The notes under the pieces were generated by a model. That model did no database searches and had not been told where the DNA came from. It worked only from the letters and a program-made list of their open reading frames with translations. A DNA stretch of 42,179 nt, taken from Octopus sinensis (lineage: Eukaryota). Location of the stretch: assembly GCF_006345805.1 (NCBI RefSeq), contig NW_021835216.1, positions 1-42,179 on the forward strand, read 5' to 3'. Shown here in pieces: positions 10,795 to 23,890 of this stretch. How positions within the stretch are numbered: the stretch's first letter is position 1; every line of letters begins with the position of its first letter. Both the position numbers and the translations under genes were made by a program.

Positions 10795-11081
10795 TACATA
10801 CATACATGCATGCATACATACATACAGACAGACAGACATATGTACATACGCACACACACATACATACAGACAGACATATATACATACATGCACACATATA
10901 CATACATGCATACATACATACATACATGCATACATACATACATACATACATACATACATACATGCATACATACATACATACATGCATGCATACATACATA
11001 CATACATACATACATACATACATGCATACATACATACATACATACATACATACATACATACATACATACATACATACATAC
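10795..11081 (+). repeat. (ACAT)n microsatellite with GCAT variants
   Basis: Directly visible. Confidence 0.95.
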
Positions 11082-11459
11082 GAGAGAAAAAAACAAAAGG
11101 AAAAGATGAGCTTCTTGCTGTAAAAACACGTTATTTACGTAAGGGGTAAAATACTGATGAGAGAGACACGAACGCCATTAAGCCTTTTAATTTTCCCCTC
11201 TCATCCTCGCATATAGAATAACATTTATTGTCTTGGTTGTCCTTAATTAATTAATCAATATCATAAACGTTAACCTGATTAGTTTGATATCTATTTATTT
11301 ATTTTTGACTCAGTAGCATTTCTTAATGAATCTTGTCTCAACACGTTTCATTAAAAATTAAACAGGATTTGGACATTATGGATTCTGTGTAAGTGGGGCA
11401 TTTTACTTTCTAAAAATGCATTTCCAATAACATCTTTACCTTGAATAAGATGAAAATAT

Positions 11460-11875
11460 TGGTTTCAAATGGTGGCACAAGGCCAGCAATTTTGGGGGAG
11501 GGGGTAAGTCGATTGCATCGATCCCCTCCCAGCGTTTCACTGGTACTTAAATTATCGACTCCGAAATGATAAAGGACAAAGTCGACCTTGGCGGAATTTG
11601 AACTCAGAACGTAAAGACGGATGAAACGCTGCTAAGCATTTTGTCCGGCATGCTAACGATTCTTTTCTATTCTAGGCACAAGGTCCGAAATTTTGGGGGA
11701 AGAGGCTAGTCGATTAGTCCGACCCCAGTACGCAACTGATAGTTAATTTATCGACTCCGAAAGGATGAAAAGCAAAGTCGACCCTGGCGGAATTTGAACT
11801 TAGAACGTAAAGACGGATTAAATGCTGCTAAGCATTTTGTCCGGCATGAAAACCATTCTGCCAGCTCGCCGCCTA
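11460..11875 (-). mobile_element. Two tandem family C SINEs
   Basis: Two core copies GTCGACC.TGGCGGAATTTGAAC.CAGAACGTAAAGACGG. Confidence 0.85.
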
Positions 11876-11950
11876 AACATATTATATATATAATATATAT
11901 ATATATATAATATATATTATAATATATATATATATATATATAATATATAT

Positions 11951-11981
<31 letters not shown>

Positions 11982-11986
<5 letters not shown>

Positions 11987-12532
11987 AGAGAGTTAACGTT
12001 AAGTGGCTAACTCTAGTGCTAGAAATAGCTCCTTATTCTGGTATAGCCACCGAAGATTGTTTCCACAGAAGAAATAACATTACCTTCAACATAAGGGAAG
12101 CGAAATACAACGAAAAGATAGATTAATACTGAACAATTGTTTCTTTATCAACAAAATAAGTATGCTGAAGCAAATATTGTATGCGGTATTGATTTCCACG
12201 GAGTCTTAGCATGCTTTTGGCGGGAAGCTAAACCACAACTATGTATGCAATCGATCAGACCGCATGAGTATTTTATCGCCCGTGTGGGTCTGATAAATTG
12301 TATCGAGAACAAATAGTGCTGATGAATTATAGACAAATATGTGAGTATAATTGCATATTATGTTGATAAAGAAACAATTGTTCAGTATTAATCTATCTTT
12401 TCGTTGTATTTAGCTTCCCTTATGTTGAAGGTAATGTTATTTCTTCTGTGGAAACAATCTTCGGTGGCTATACCAGAATAAGGAGCTATTTCTAGCACTA
12501 GAGTTAGCCACTTAACGTTAACTCTCTTATAT
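11982..12532. mobile_element. Foldback MITE with 172-bp TIRs in TA context
   Basis: 11982-12153 is the reverse complement of 12361-12532 with one mismatch. The spacer is 207 bp. Confidence 0.9.
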
Positions 12533-12639
12533 TTATGTATAAATTTGTACAGTCTCCCTGGTTTCTATGTGCTGGGCCACTTGGTGTTAAACTGACGGTA
12601 TTATTAAATTAATATCTAATTTTTCACCCTCATTTATGA

Positions 12640-13146
<507 letters not shown>

Positions 13147-13229
13147 ATATATATATATATGTGATCGACTAACTCCTCCCCAAAAATTGTTGGCCTTGTT
13201 GCAAAATTTGGAATCACTATATATATATA

Positions 13230-13445
13230 GTGATTTCAAATTTTGCAACAAGGCCAACAATTTTGGGGGAGGGTTTAGTCGATCATAACGACACCCCACC
13301 TCCAGCGTTTTCACTGGTACTTAATCTACCGACCTCGAAAGGATGAAAAACAAAGTCGACCTCAGTGGAATTTGAACTCGGAACGGGCAAAATGCCACTA
13401 AACATTTATATCCGGCATGCTAACGATTCCGCAAGCTCGCTGCTT
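13230..13445 (-). mobile_element. Family C SINE whose tail is duplicated in inverted orientation at 13162-13217
   Basis: The core GTCGACCTCAGTGGAATTTGAACTC is present; the palindrome is described under findings. Confidence 0.75.
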
Positions 13446-13764
13446 TGGATAAGATGAAAATTTTAATGATTGGTAATTTACTTCGTTGGCTCCGTGGTTA
13501 GGGCATTCAGCTCACGATCGTAAGGTTTTGAGTTCGATTCCTGGCGGTGCGAGCTTGTAACGTTCTGTGTCACGCTGAATCTCCCTGAGAACTACCGATG
13601 GAGCGCTAGTTACTTTGTTGGCTGCAAATAACGCTGTGGTCAGCTTTACTTCTCATCGTTGCTGGGTCGATAAATTAAAGTATCAGGTACCAGAGTCGAT
13701 GTAATGGACTTACCCTCCCCTAAATTTGCTGGCCTTGTTCCTAGTGCCAAAGTTTGAGAGCCTT

Positions 13765-13765
<1 letters not shown>

Positions 13766-13862
<97 letters not shown>

Positions 13863-13876
13863 ATTATTATTATTAT
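13766..13876 (+). repeat. (TTA)n tract, the tail of a family C SINE and the 3' flank of the Dong/R4 element
   Basis: Directly visible. Confidence 0.95.
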
Positions 13877-16800
13877 CATTCTATGTTTGACTTTTGCTTT
13901 ATGTCTGTATAAGTTGGCTCCAAGTCTCACCCAGAGACCTCAAGAGACAACAGGTTGGAAGTTCTGTGCCATATATTTGGGGTTTTTTTTGGGGGGGGGG
14001 CGGTTTGGTGTTGTACTAGTGAATGTCTAATACATAAATAAAATAAAAAAAAAAATAAAATAAAATAAAAAATAAAAATAAAAAAGTTTGTTTTAAACCT
14101 TGGGATTACATAGAGAGTATTTTGCGTAGGATATGAGCAGTTCCCATGAGCACTATCTTTTGAATTTCTGCCATTCCGGCGTTTCCTGGTATCTGAGATA
14201 GGTAGCAATCAGCCCCTTTTGCTATCATTCTCAGGGCACCTATGACAACAGGTATTGTTTTAGTCTTCAGCTTCCACATTTTGCTGATTTCTATTTCAAG
14301 ATCTTTATATTTGCTCAGTTTTTGGTAGGTCTTGACAGATACGTTTATATCGATTGGGACAGTCATATCAATGAGGAGGCATGTTCTTTGTCTGAAGTCT
14401 TTCAATATGATGTCTGGCCTATTTGCATCTATCTTCCTGTCAGTTTGAATGGTGAAGTTCCAGAGGAGTGAGATGTGGTCATTTTCAAGCACTGGAGGTG
14501 GATCGTGTTCCCACCAGTTTTTTTCATGGGGCAAATCCAGGTTTTTGCAAATTACCCAGTGAATATATTGTGCAGTTCTATCATGCCTACTGAGGTACTC
14601 TGTAGGGACTAGAAGACTGCATTTGGAGACAACATGATCAATGGTTTCATTTTGTTGTCGGCATACATGACATGTTGGGGTACTGCCATTCTTTAATATG
14701 TTGGCCAGGTAGTTTCCTGTTGGTAGGTATTGATCTTGAGCTGCTATGATAAACCCCTCTGTTTCAGATTTTAAGCCAGAGGCCATTAGCCATTGATGGG
14801 TCAGGGCTTTGTCGATATCTGCATTATTCGCTCTTTTTGGGTATTTGCCATAGAGAGGTTTTTCTTGCCATTTATTATTCAGAATATCTAAGGCCGCAGT
14901 TTTGGCACGGGTTTTCATGCGCCTAGCTTTTTCTGTGCTTGTTTCTTGTATGTCTATCTCTAATTCCGAATTGGTTGTATTCGGAATTCACTTAGATATT
15001 CCTTTGCCTGTTTTGTGACTGAGTATGATGCTTTCTTGTTTTCATGTTTTGAGACAAGTTTTAACATCCAGTCCTCAGAGTTTTTCAGGTAGGTGTCTAG
15101 GCCAATTGTAGCAATCTTCATTATTATTGCCAGTTGCAAAAGACCACGGCCTCCCTCTTTTCTTGGCAGATAGAGTCGTTCTGTATCTGCCTTAGGGTGG
15201 TGCATTCTATGCATTGTCAACAGTTTCCTTATTTTCTGTCGAGCTGACATATTTCAGTAATTGACCAGTTAACAATATTGAACTGTAAGTCACGACTGGT
15301 ATGGCTAATGCATTGATCGCTTCGATCCTGTTTCTTGCATTCAGCTCTGTCTTGAGTATTGCTCTCACTCTTCGATAGCATTCTCTCCTGATCCTTTCCT
15401 TCATCTCTGAATGCCTTATTCCGTTCCCTTCAATTACCCCTAGGTACTTGTAGCTCTCCGCTGGTCTAGTTCTTTTATGACATTCTGTGGTCAAGGTTAA
15501 CGTTAGATGTTCTGTCATTTTTCCTTTGATAAAGGTAGCTTTTGCACATTTATCGAAGCCGAATTGCATTCTGATGTCGTCACTGAATTGTTTGACTATC
15601 GCTAGTAAGCCTTGAGTTGTTGGTCTTTTTTGCAAAAAACTTTAAATCATCCATGTAAATGAGATGATTATATTTTTATCAAATATTTTATACCGTACTG
15701 CGCGTCACTGAGCAGCTTTGAGAGAGGTATTAAGGATAAACAAAAGAGGAGTGGTGACAGTGAGTCACCCTGGAAAATGCCACACGAAATTTTTACATCA
15801 CCAGCATTTAGGGATTCATTGTCACTGTTCAGAGTTAGTATGGTTCTCCATGATCTCATACTTACAGTCAAGAAGTTTCGCAGAGTAGGTGCTATCTTAT
15901 ACATTTCCAGGCATTTCCTAATCCAGCTATGTGCTAGGCTATTGATAAGTTTTTGTGTCGTTTGTGACAATCTTCTAAGATCATCTTATTGATGAGTAGT
16001 TGGTCTTTACAGCCGTAGGATCCACGTTTACATCCTTTCTGTTCATTAGGGAATATGCTGCTGTCTGTTAAAAAACTATAGGTATATTCCGTCAGGACAG
16101 ATGTTAGTGTTTTGTACATAGTGTTAAGCAGGTTATGGGTCTATAGTTTTTTGGTTCATTTGTTTCTTCACTTTTTGGAAGCAGGAGGAATGTTAACCCA
16201 TTAACTAGCCAAGGAGGCATCCTACTAGGGTGTTGCAAAACATCATTGTACAGTTCTGTTAGCAGTTCATGGCTCTCTGGGAAGGCATTCAGCCAGAAGT
16301 TAGGAGACTTTCCTGGAGACTTCCATTTGCTTGACCTCCTGAGAGCAGATCTTATATCTTCTACCTTGACACCCTCCCACTTTTGCTCTTCTAAGGGGTC
16401 CAGTTCTGTAGATATTCTGTCAATCCAGGGGGCCTTTTCGTTGTGTGTTTTTTTCTTCTGCCCAGGTTTTATTCCAAAATCCCTGCACGTCTTCTTTTGA
16501 TGGTACAGACCTTGCAGTAAACGCTGTTTTTCCTATCTTGCTGTAAAAATTCTTGGTATTATTTTTGAACATGTTGTTGTCCTTGAAAAATCTAACACGC
16601 TTTTCATACCTCGCTATGCGGGCAGCTTTGGCAGATACCTTTTGTTTGATGGTTTCTATGGTGGCATCAATATCAAGTATAGTTTTTTTTTCATATTGTT
16701 TTCAGTAATTTTTGGGTTTTTGTAGGTTTGGTAGTCTTGTGAGCCTTAAGGTTTTTCAAATATTCAATGTCAGATCTAAATATTTAATTTGTTGTTGCAG

Positions 16801-17812
16801 ACGCTCTTGCCAAGAAGGCTTTTTGTGGGAATGTTGCCGTTTCTAATCTTTACACCACATAGGATCGTTGAGATTTTCGCGGATGCATAGTATAGGTGGT
16901 TGAGGTTGTGATATCAACATCATTAGCTGAAATTATATCCTTAAGTGCAAGCCGGATTTTACCAATTATTTTCATGTTTTGGTTAGAGTTGCGGATTTTA
17001 GGAAGGAGTGTCACGTTCATCCATGCTGGTTTCTTTATTTTCAGCCATTCATCATGATTGATTTTTTTTTTTAGCTCATGTAGTTCTGTTGGGTCAATAT
17101 TTGTGTGACTTTCTTTATCTATTTGATGCTCATCTGTCTTAGTGTTTATGATTGGTTCAGGGAGTATTTCACTTTGCCTATCACTTATACTAACTCTTTC
17201 AATCCTCACTTCGTTTTTATCAGCCCTGGGCTGGTCTATAATTATTTCCTCTGTATTATCTTCTCTAGCTGCAACTTCGTTCATTTTATCCGATATTGCT
17301 TGTCTAACCTGATCAATCTCTACTTCAGTCAGTAATTTTCTTTTTATAATGTTTCTTCTGACGTTGGCAAGTTTGTTACTGTCTATGTAGGGTCTTACTT
17401 CAGGGTGTTTCTGTCTCCAGTTTAAGTATGCTTGTACAGTGCTAGATTTATGTGGGGAAATATATGGCATGGTAGAAGGCCTCAAGAACTTCTTTATTAT
17501 CTTCCCTAGACCATTTCTCCTTCTTTTTCTTTTGATTATTTGGTGATGAGCATGGATGGCCATCTGTTGGAATATTCCGGTTGTGGGGTACGTCCAGCTC
17601 CTGTGTGTTGGGAAGATTTGATCCAGTAGCTGATTTTTCAATCAGAATTTGGTTCAATTTTCGGGTACGTGGTCTTTTGTAATCCGCGCAACGACCAATG
17701 CGGTTTATAGTTTGATTTGTTGACCTTGAAGCATGACGAGCATCCATTCTTATATTAGGAGATGGATCTGTCCGTTTAGGGTTCTCTACATGTAAGCATT
17801 GCTCATAGCCCA
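13877..17812 (-). mobile_element. Near-full-length, inactivated Dong/R4-clade non-LTR retrotransposon (single ORF: N-terminal domain, RT, CCHC, restriction-like endonuclease)
   Basis: Fragments across frameshifts are KWSREDNKEVLEAFY (N-terminus), WKSPG, PKNYRPITCL, EQKGCKRGSYGCKDQLLINK, GIFQGDSLSPLLF, YMDD (15646-15657), YKYLGV, CHVC..ETIDHVVSKC (CCHC), RHD, RPDIIL..LLIDMTVP and KYKDL. It has many stops and frameshifts, and a deletion plus stop near 15934 removes the DYKKAFD RT motif. (AAT)n lies on both sides. Confidence 0.92.
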
Positions 17813-17828
17813 ATTATTATTATTATTA

Positions 17829-17895
<67 letters not shown>

Positions 17896-17902
17896 CATTA
17901 TT
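17813..17902 (+). repeat. (TTA)n tract between the Dong/R4 element and the 482-bp element
   Basis: Directly visible. Confidence 0.95.
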
Positions 17903-18384
17903 GAGTGAGAGAGCAGTGCATGCTATCAAAGTAACACTGGGGTAATATATACGAAGCCCAGTATACCCATCATGACTACCCGTCTGATAAGGGTACACTA
18001 GGCACATGCATCACAACCATATGTGCGCGACATGATGATCTCATATCAAGATAAACAGCACATGACCTTGCAGTTGGGGCCCAGTTAGAATTTTCTTCAG
18101 GCTGAGTGGCGCATCCCACTCAAATGGTCCTTGAATAAGAGTTATTTAAGGATGTTGAACGAAATACCCATGTTTCCAAAGATGAATTATCCAAACCCCA
18201 AAGAATTCCTCTCAACACATGGTTATGATGCTCCCCCACCACTTCTGCTCGTGATCTGTGGTATTGAGCAGAATATTTGCGGTAGCCCATCTTTTATATC
18301 AAGACAAAACAATTTACATGATAACACTTCCAATCAGTTAAGATCAGAAGCCATGAGAGCCACTGCCTGGTACTGTATCAGGGC
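17903..18384 (-). mobile_element. 482-bp non-coding interspersed element flanked by (AAT)n on both sides
   Basis: Sharp boundaries against (TTA)n at 17902 and 18385 and no credible ORF. I recall it as an abundant octopus repeat. Orientation is inferred. Confidence 0.6.
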
Positions 18385-18439
18385 ATTATTATTATTATTA
18401 ATATTATTATTATTGTTGTTGTTGTTGTTATTATTATTA

Positions 18440-19095
18440 AGGCGGGGAAGGCGGCCAGCTGGCAGAATCGTTAGCATGCTGAACGAAATGTTTAGCTGTA
18501 TTTCACCCGTCGCTACGTTCTAATTTCAAATTCCGCTGAGGTCGACTCTGCCTTTCATCTTTTGGAGGTCGATAAAATAAGTACTAGTTGAACACTGGGA
18601 TCGATGTAATCGATTAGTACCCTCCCTCAAATTCCTGGCCTTGTACCAAACTTCGAAGCTATTATTAAAGCAGACATGGTGGCCAGCTGGCAGAATCGTT
18701 AGAAGGCAGAGATGGTGGCCAGCTGGCAGAGTCGTCAGCACGCTGGACGAAATTCTTAGCGGTATTTCAACCGCCGCTACGTCGACTTTGTCTTTCATCC
18801 TTTCAGTGTCGATAACTTAAGTACCAGTTGAACACTGGGGTCGATGTAATGGATTAGCACCCTCCCCCAAATTCCCGGCCTTGTGCCAAAATTTGAAACC
18901 ATTATTAAGGCACCAAGCAAGTACAATCGTTACCACGCTTAGCGTCATTTCTTTTGGCTTTTTACGCGCCGATTTGAAATCCTACTGAGTTCAGCTTTGC
19001 CAGTCAATCCTTTCAAAGAAGATAATATAAAGTATCAGTCAAGTACAGGGGTCGATGTAATCGTTTTCTCCTCCCATCAAAATTGCAGGCCTGCA
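18440..19095 (+). mobile_element. Three tandem family C SINEs
   Basis: Repeated GGCCAGCTGGCAGAATCGTTAG heads and CCTGGCCTTGT.CCAAA tails. Confidence 0.8.
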
Positions 19096-19184
19096 GCCCT
19101 GCAACAGACCGGTGTCCAGTTCGTGGGAATGTGTCGATCTCGATCACTTGTCCGCCATGGAAACCAGATACCCGGTCAAATAAA

Positions 19185-19317
19185 TCTCGTGTTTATACGA
19201 GCTAACTTTTCAAATTTACTGCGCAGACGCAGTCCTTCGTTGGCTACAATAAAAACCGCCAACTTATTAACCGAAAACTTACAGTATAAACACGAGACAG
19301 GTAGCTTTGTCTCGTGT
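19185..19317. promoter_or_regulatory. CpG-containing non-repetitive segment with clustered inverted repeats; candidate promoter or first non-coding exon
   Basis: It contains the palindrome ACTGCG-CAGA-CGCAGT, three TCTCGTGT/ACACGAGA motifs and a possible donor CAG|GTAGCT at 19300/19301. Function is inference. Confidence 0.3.
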
Positions 19318-19562
19318 GGATATATTTAGCACTAGGTTGGACCTGCTGAAGAAAGTCAAACCTTGTGAGTTCTCCATGACTCGCTAAAAGATGATCAGAA
19401 ACCAATTGGTCCAGCAAACTAGATGGTAAATGTTTTTCCTTTCCAGATTTATTCCTGTCGAATTTTATCCCTAATTTTTTTGTGGTCAGAGAACTTAGCT
19501 GTTCTTTCTAATCCCTATAAGTGGATTCTCTATGTGTTTAAATATACACTCTATCGTATGAC

Positions 19563-19632
<70 letters not shown>

Positions 19633-19929
19633 TGTATTATTATCTTATCTATTGATTTATAAATATATTTTTGTATGCTTTGGAGGTTCTCATTTGTAAA
19701 ATGAATAAATAATCCAACATCATAATATAAATATATATAGATATGTACATTTGAGTTTAGTTTCAAGCAGGATCTGGATGAAAGGGCAATGCCTATGTCC
19801 ACTGAAGGTGAAAACTGACGTCATTATTGGTTGGCTTAAATTGATACAAGCCGATTCTCCGCAGGAAGAATATGAGTTGAAAGGCAGATAGAGAAATACA
19901 TAAATAAATTATATATATATATATATTAC

Positions 19930-20094
19930 GGAGATGTACTCGCATAGCAAGTAATTTGATCTGAGATCGTGTGCTGAAACGAAAACAATTTTAGCGTGGA
20001 AGGTGTTTATAAGCCATTTAAGAAACTTCAACATTTAAGTTTAATTTGTCAATATGTGTATATATATATATAGTTATATATATAATAGTAATTA

Positions 20095-20142
<48 letters not shown>

Positions 20143-20660
20143 CCGTTCCCTTTCTCTTACTCCTCCTCCTCCCTCTCGTCGCTGACACGTGACCAGAGGG
20201 CCACTGTCTTTCTGACTACTACCTCCAACAAGTGTAGACGGCGTTTCTGTCCCTCTCTCAAGCCGTTCTCAAAGTATTCAAAATAATTCTTCTTTTCGTT
20301 CAGGCTTCACAGCCCTAACTGTTTGTGCTACTGTTATTCTTCTTGTCCTGTTTTTTACTGTTTTTATTTGTATTGATTTTACTGTCGCGTTTTTTTACCA
20401 CTTTTACCGCTGGCAAAAAAATCAAAAATTTTATTTAATTTTTTTGCGGGAAGGACTGTTTCAACTAAGTCGTGTCTCGCCTTTACCTTCGAAACACTGA
20501 GTAGACGAAGCAGAGGCGGCTGAAGAAGAGGAATTTTCCCTGTGTTTTATGTCTTGTACTCTATTTTTTCGTTGTTTAAAAAAATTGTCCGTTTCCATGC
20601 TTTTGTTTTTATGTTTTCGTTTCTCATTGTGCTCGACGTTTTTTTTTGGTGTCCTATACC
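19930..20660 (-). mobile_element. Penelope-type non-coding repeat fragments
   Basis: Shares CACGTGACCAG and GGTATAGGAC..AAAAACG blocks, in reverse orientation, with 27030-27600. It has hammerhead-like remnants (CGAAAC, CTGAAGA). Family assignment is from recall. Confidence 0.45.
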
Positions 20661-20769
20661 ATATATGCATGTATATATACATCTAGATGTAGGTACGTAC
20701 ATATATGTATGTATATATGCATATATTTTATTTATTATTTTGTTATATATATATATATATATATATATA

Positions 20770-20882
20770 TGTAAAATAATATGTGACAATTATTCAGTAG
20801 CCAAGATAAAACACTGAGTTTCGGATGCCGAAACTCAGAGTTTTAACTTGGCTACTGAATAATTGTCACATATTATTTTACA
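20770..20882. repeat. Near-perfect palindrome with 55-bp arms and a 3-nt loop
   Basis: TGTAAAATAATATGTGACAATTATTCAGTAGCCAAG...TTTCGG-ATG-CCGAAA...CTTGGCTACTGAATAATTGTCACATATTATTTTACA, with 2 mismatches. Confidence 0.95.
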
Positions 20883-20949
20883 GATAAATTCCTCTATTTA
20901 CATAATATTAAGGTCTCTTTCTTTCTTTTGTTATCTTACGGTTTTTACT

Positions 20950-20980
<31 letters not shown>

Positions 20981-21169
20981 GTCCCGGGTTGAGTCGGGGT
21001 TAACCACAGTAAATAAGGTACTCAATACATTGCAGAGTAAATTAATTTATTTTATAGAAGGAGCTTCTACAGGACTAGAACTGTTTCATGATTTCATTTG
21101 AATGAAACTGTACTAGTCCTGTAGAAGCTCCTTCTATAGAATAAATATATATATATACTCACACACACA

Positions 21170-21560
21170 CACATGCATAAATGGGTTACAAGACGTCACC
21201 GATGGTGCAAATAACATGAAATACGTAAACAACAAGAAAAAATGCAGAACAGAACAAGTAAACACAGTTGTCGGCTGTCGATTTACTCCTCATTTCGAGC
21301 ATTCAACGACGATATGAGTCTTCAAAGACAGATGCTCCCATAAATTCTAAAGTAAAGTTTTGGATTTAAGGAGGGTCAAAGTTGGGAACAAAAAACGACA
21401 AAGGAGACATACAAGAAAATCGAACGAAAACAAACAGGGAGGGTCGTTAGACCAGAACAAGAGGAAGAGAGAGAAGGGGAGAGAGAGAGAGGGAGGGAGA
21501 GAGAGAGGAAAGAGATGGAACATCTGTGGACCAAGGCCTGGACAGTATGAGTCATTTTAT
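21170..21560 (+). mobile_element. Penelope-type non-coding repeat fragment
   Basis: Homologous to 27030-27400 (ACTCC.CATTTCGAGC; GGATTT..GGAGGGTCAAAG.TGG.AACAAAAA). Confidence 0.5.
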
Positions 21561-22516
21561 GTCAGTCAGTTGAATGAACTTTTCTCTGAACTTTTGTCAG
21601 GGATGTTTCTGTTTGTATCAATAAAGCTGACCCGAAAATGAGAGCAATGCTCCATAATAGGTCCCACATGAGTATGCAGAGCGTCTGTCAGTTAATGTTA
21701 GGGTCAAATCTATTTACTGACATGAAAAAACGGGTTTGTCCTTGAGATGTAGCTACGTTAATGACCCCAACCCATCCCAATAAATAATGTAGCCTAACAT
21801 TAAACCGTTAATGTTTTGTTTTTTTTGCTATGACATTATATATACTATATCCTCGTGAGAAAAAGACAAATCGGCCAGTCAGGTTTCAAACCTGAGTTGG
21901 AATTTCATCAGCAACTGAGAACTCACTTTAGCTATCCACACAAATCTTTCTCATAATTCCAATATTACAAAGGACTTCAATAAATTGAACAGATCGATTT
22001 GCATATTATAACGCATTCAAGGCGTGTTTGATTAGTAGTTAAATGATGCGTAAGTATTGTTTTGTTATAATACTGGTCTGCACTGCAGAAAATATCTATA
22101 GATTTGCCGATATATACATATTTTCGTTGTAAATATCATCAAGGTTATTCATATGTACATTAGAATAATGGATTATATAAGCGTAAATTGCTTTGTATAC
22201 ATATATACATTTTAAGGCCCAATTCCCAGTTCAGGCACAAACACGCCCTATTCTCATAGATTTTTTTATCAACAGTTTCTATGCATTAAACATATTATAT
22301 AAATGGCTATTTTAATTAAATACCGTCTCAGCTGCATATACCCGACATACACGCACGCACACATGTTCGTATCTACACAGAATATTTATTTGCATATGTA
22401 TAAGTGTATAAATATATATGTGTATATATGTATCTCTACGTATATATATATATATATTATATATATATACGCATATATTTGTGCGTGCGAATGCATGCAC
22501 ACATATGTATGTGTGT

Positions 22517-22884
22517 AGGCGCAGGAGTGGCTGTGTGGTAAATAACTTGCTTACCTACCACATGGTTCCGGGTTCAGTCCCACTGCGTGGCACCTTGGGC
22601 AAGTGTCTTCTACTATAGCCTCGGGCCGAACAATGCTTTGTGAGTAGATTTGGGAGACGGAAACTGAAAGAAGCCCGTCGTATATATGTATATGTATATG
22701 TATATGTGTGTTTGTGTCTGTGTTTGTCCCCCCAACATCGCTTGACAACCAATGCTGGTGTGTTTACGTCCCCGTCACTTAGCGGTTCGGCAAAGAGACC
22801 GATAGAATAAGTACTAGGCTTACAAAGAATAAGTCCTGCATGGCCGCAGTCAAATGACTGAAACAAGTAAAATAGTAAAAGAGT
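22517..22884 (+). mobile_element. SINE family B with a short deletion near the tail
   Basis: Matches 12744-13146 but lacks the GGGGTCGATTTG..GCTCCAG block. Confidence 0.9.
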
Positions 22885-23629
22885 ATATATATATGTATAC
22901 ACACACACATATATATAGGTATATGTATGTATGTTTGTGTGTGTGTGTATATATGCATGTATGTATGTATGATTGTTTATATATGTGTACGTAGATCAAA
23001 CTTTAAAAACCGTCGGTTAGATAAACAATCAGTAACAGGATCTCCTCATCCAGTCAATTATATACCTACTTACATATTCATACGTACACAAACGCAGACA
23101 CCTACGCACACACCATAAAACCATGTACACACCTACACACACACGCACACACACACACAAACACACTCCCCGTACATACAAACAAGTCAACATACGCACA
23201 GTGATATCTAGACTTTCCTACTTATATGAATTGTGAAAGGCGTCGCCATACACGTCTGCAATAACGAATTTCTGTTAATGAAAGACTAATGTGATTTAAT
23301 ATACGTCACTGTATCTTTTTTTATTGATGTTGTATATTCAATAGGTGTATCGATTGCTATAATACGTGAGATTTATGGTTTTATGTGTCCTGGTATAACC
23401 TAAGTCGTGTTTGTTGGGACAGGGTTGTCGTACTGCGTCCTAAGTTATAGTTTAACCTTTTTTTTTTATAAACTGTATGTTACTAGTTTTTCAAAATTAG
23501 GCAGTTTCATGAAAAGTTCAAGTTTTATTAACAAGCTTCTATAAATCACTATAAATTATCAAGTAAATTAGAACTTTCCTATATTGAGCTCATACAAGTA
23601 CACACACACTAACACAAACAAACACAGTG

Positions 23630-23722
<93 letters not shown>

Positions 23723-23767
23723 TTATCCATCCATCTCTCTCTCTCTATCTATATACATACAGACATA

Positions 23768-23806
<39 letters not shown>

Positions 23807-23890
23807 CATACATACGTAACATATATATAAATATATATATAATATATATATATATATAACACACACACACACAATATATATATATATATA
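23630..23890 (+). repeat. (TCTA)n plus (TA)n compound microsatellite
   Basis: Directly visible. Confidence 0.95.

Noticed and set aside
21870-21915. Minus-strand CTGATGA...GAAAC hammerhead-like spacing
   Set aside because: Stem II is poor and there is no NUH triplet or stem I. CTGATGA at about 11155 and 12320 also lacks a GAAA partner.
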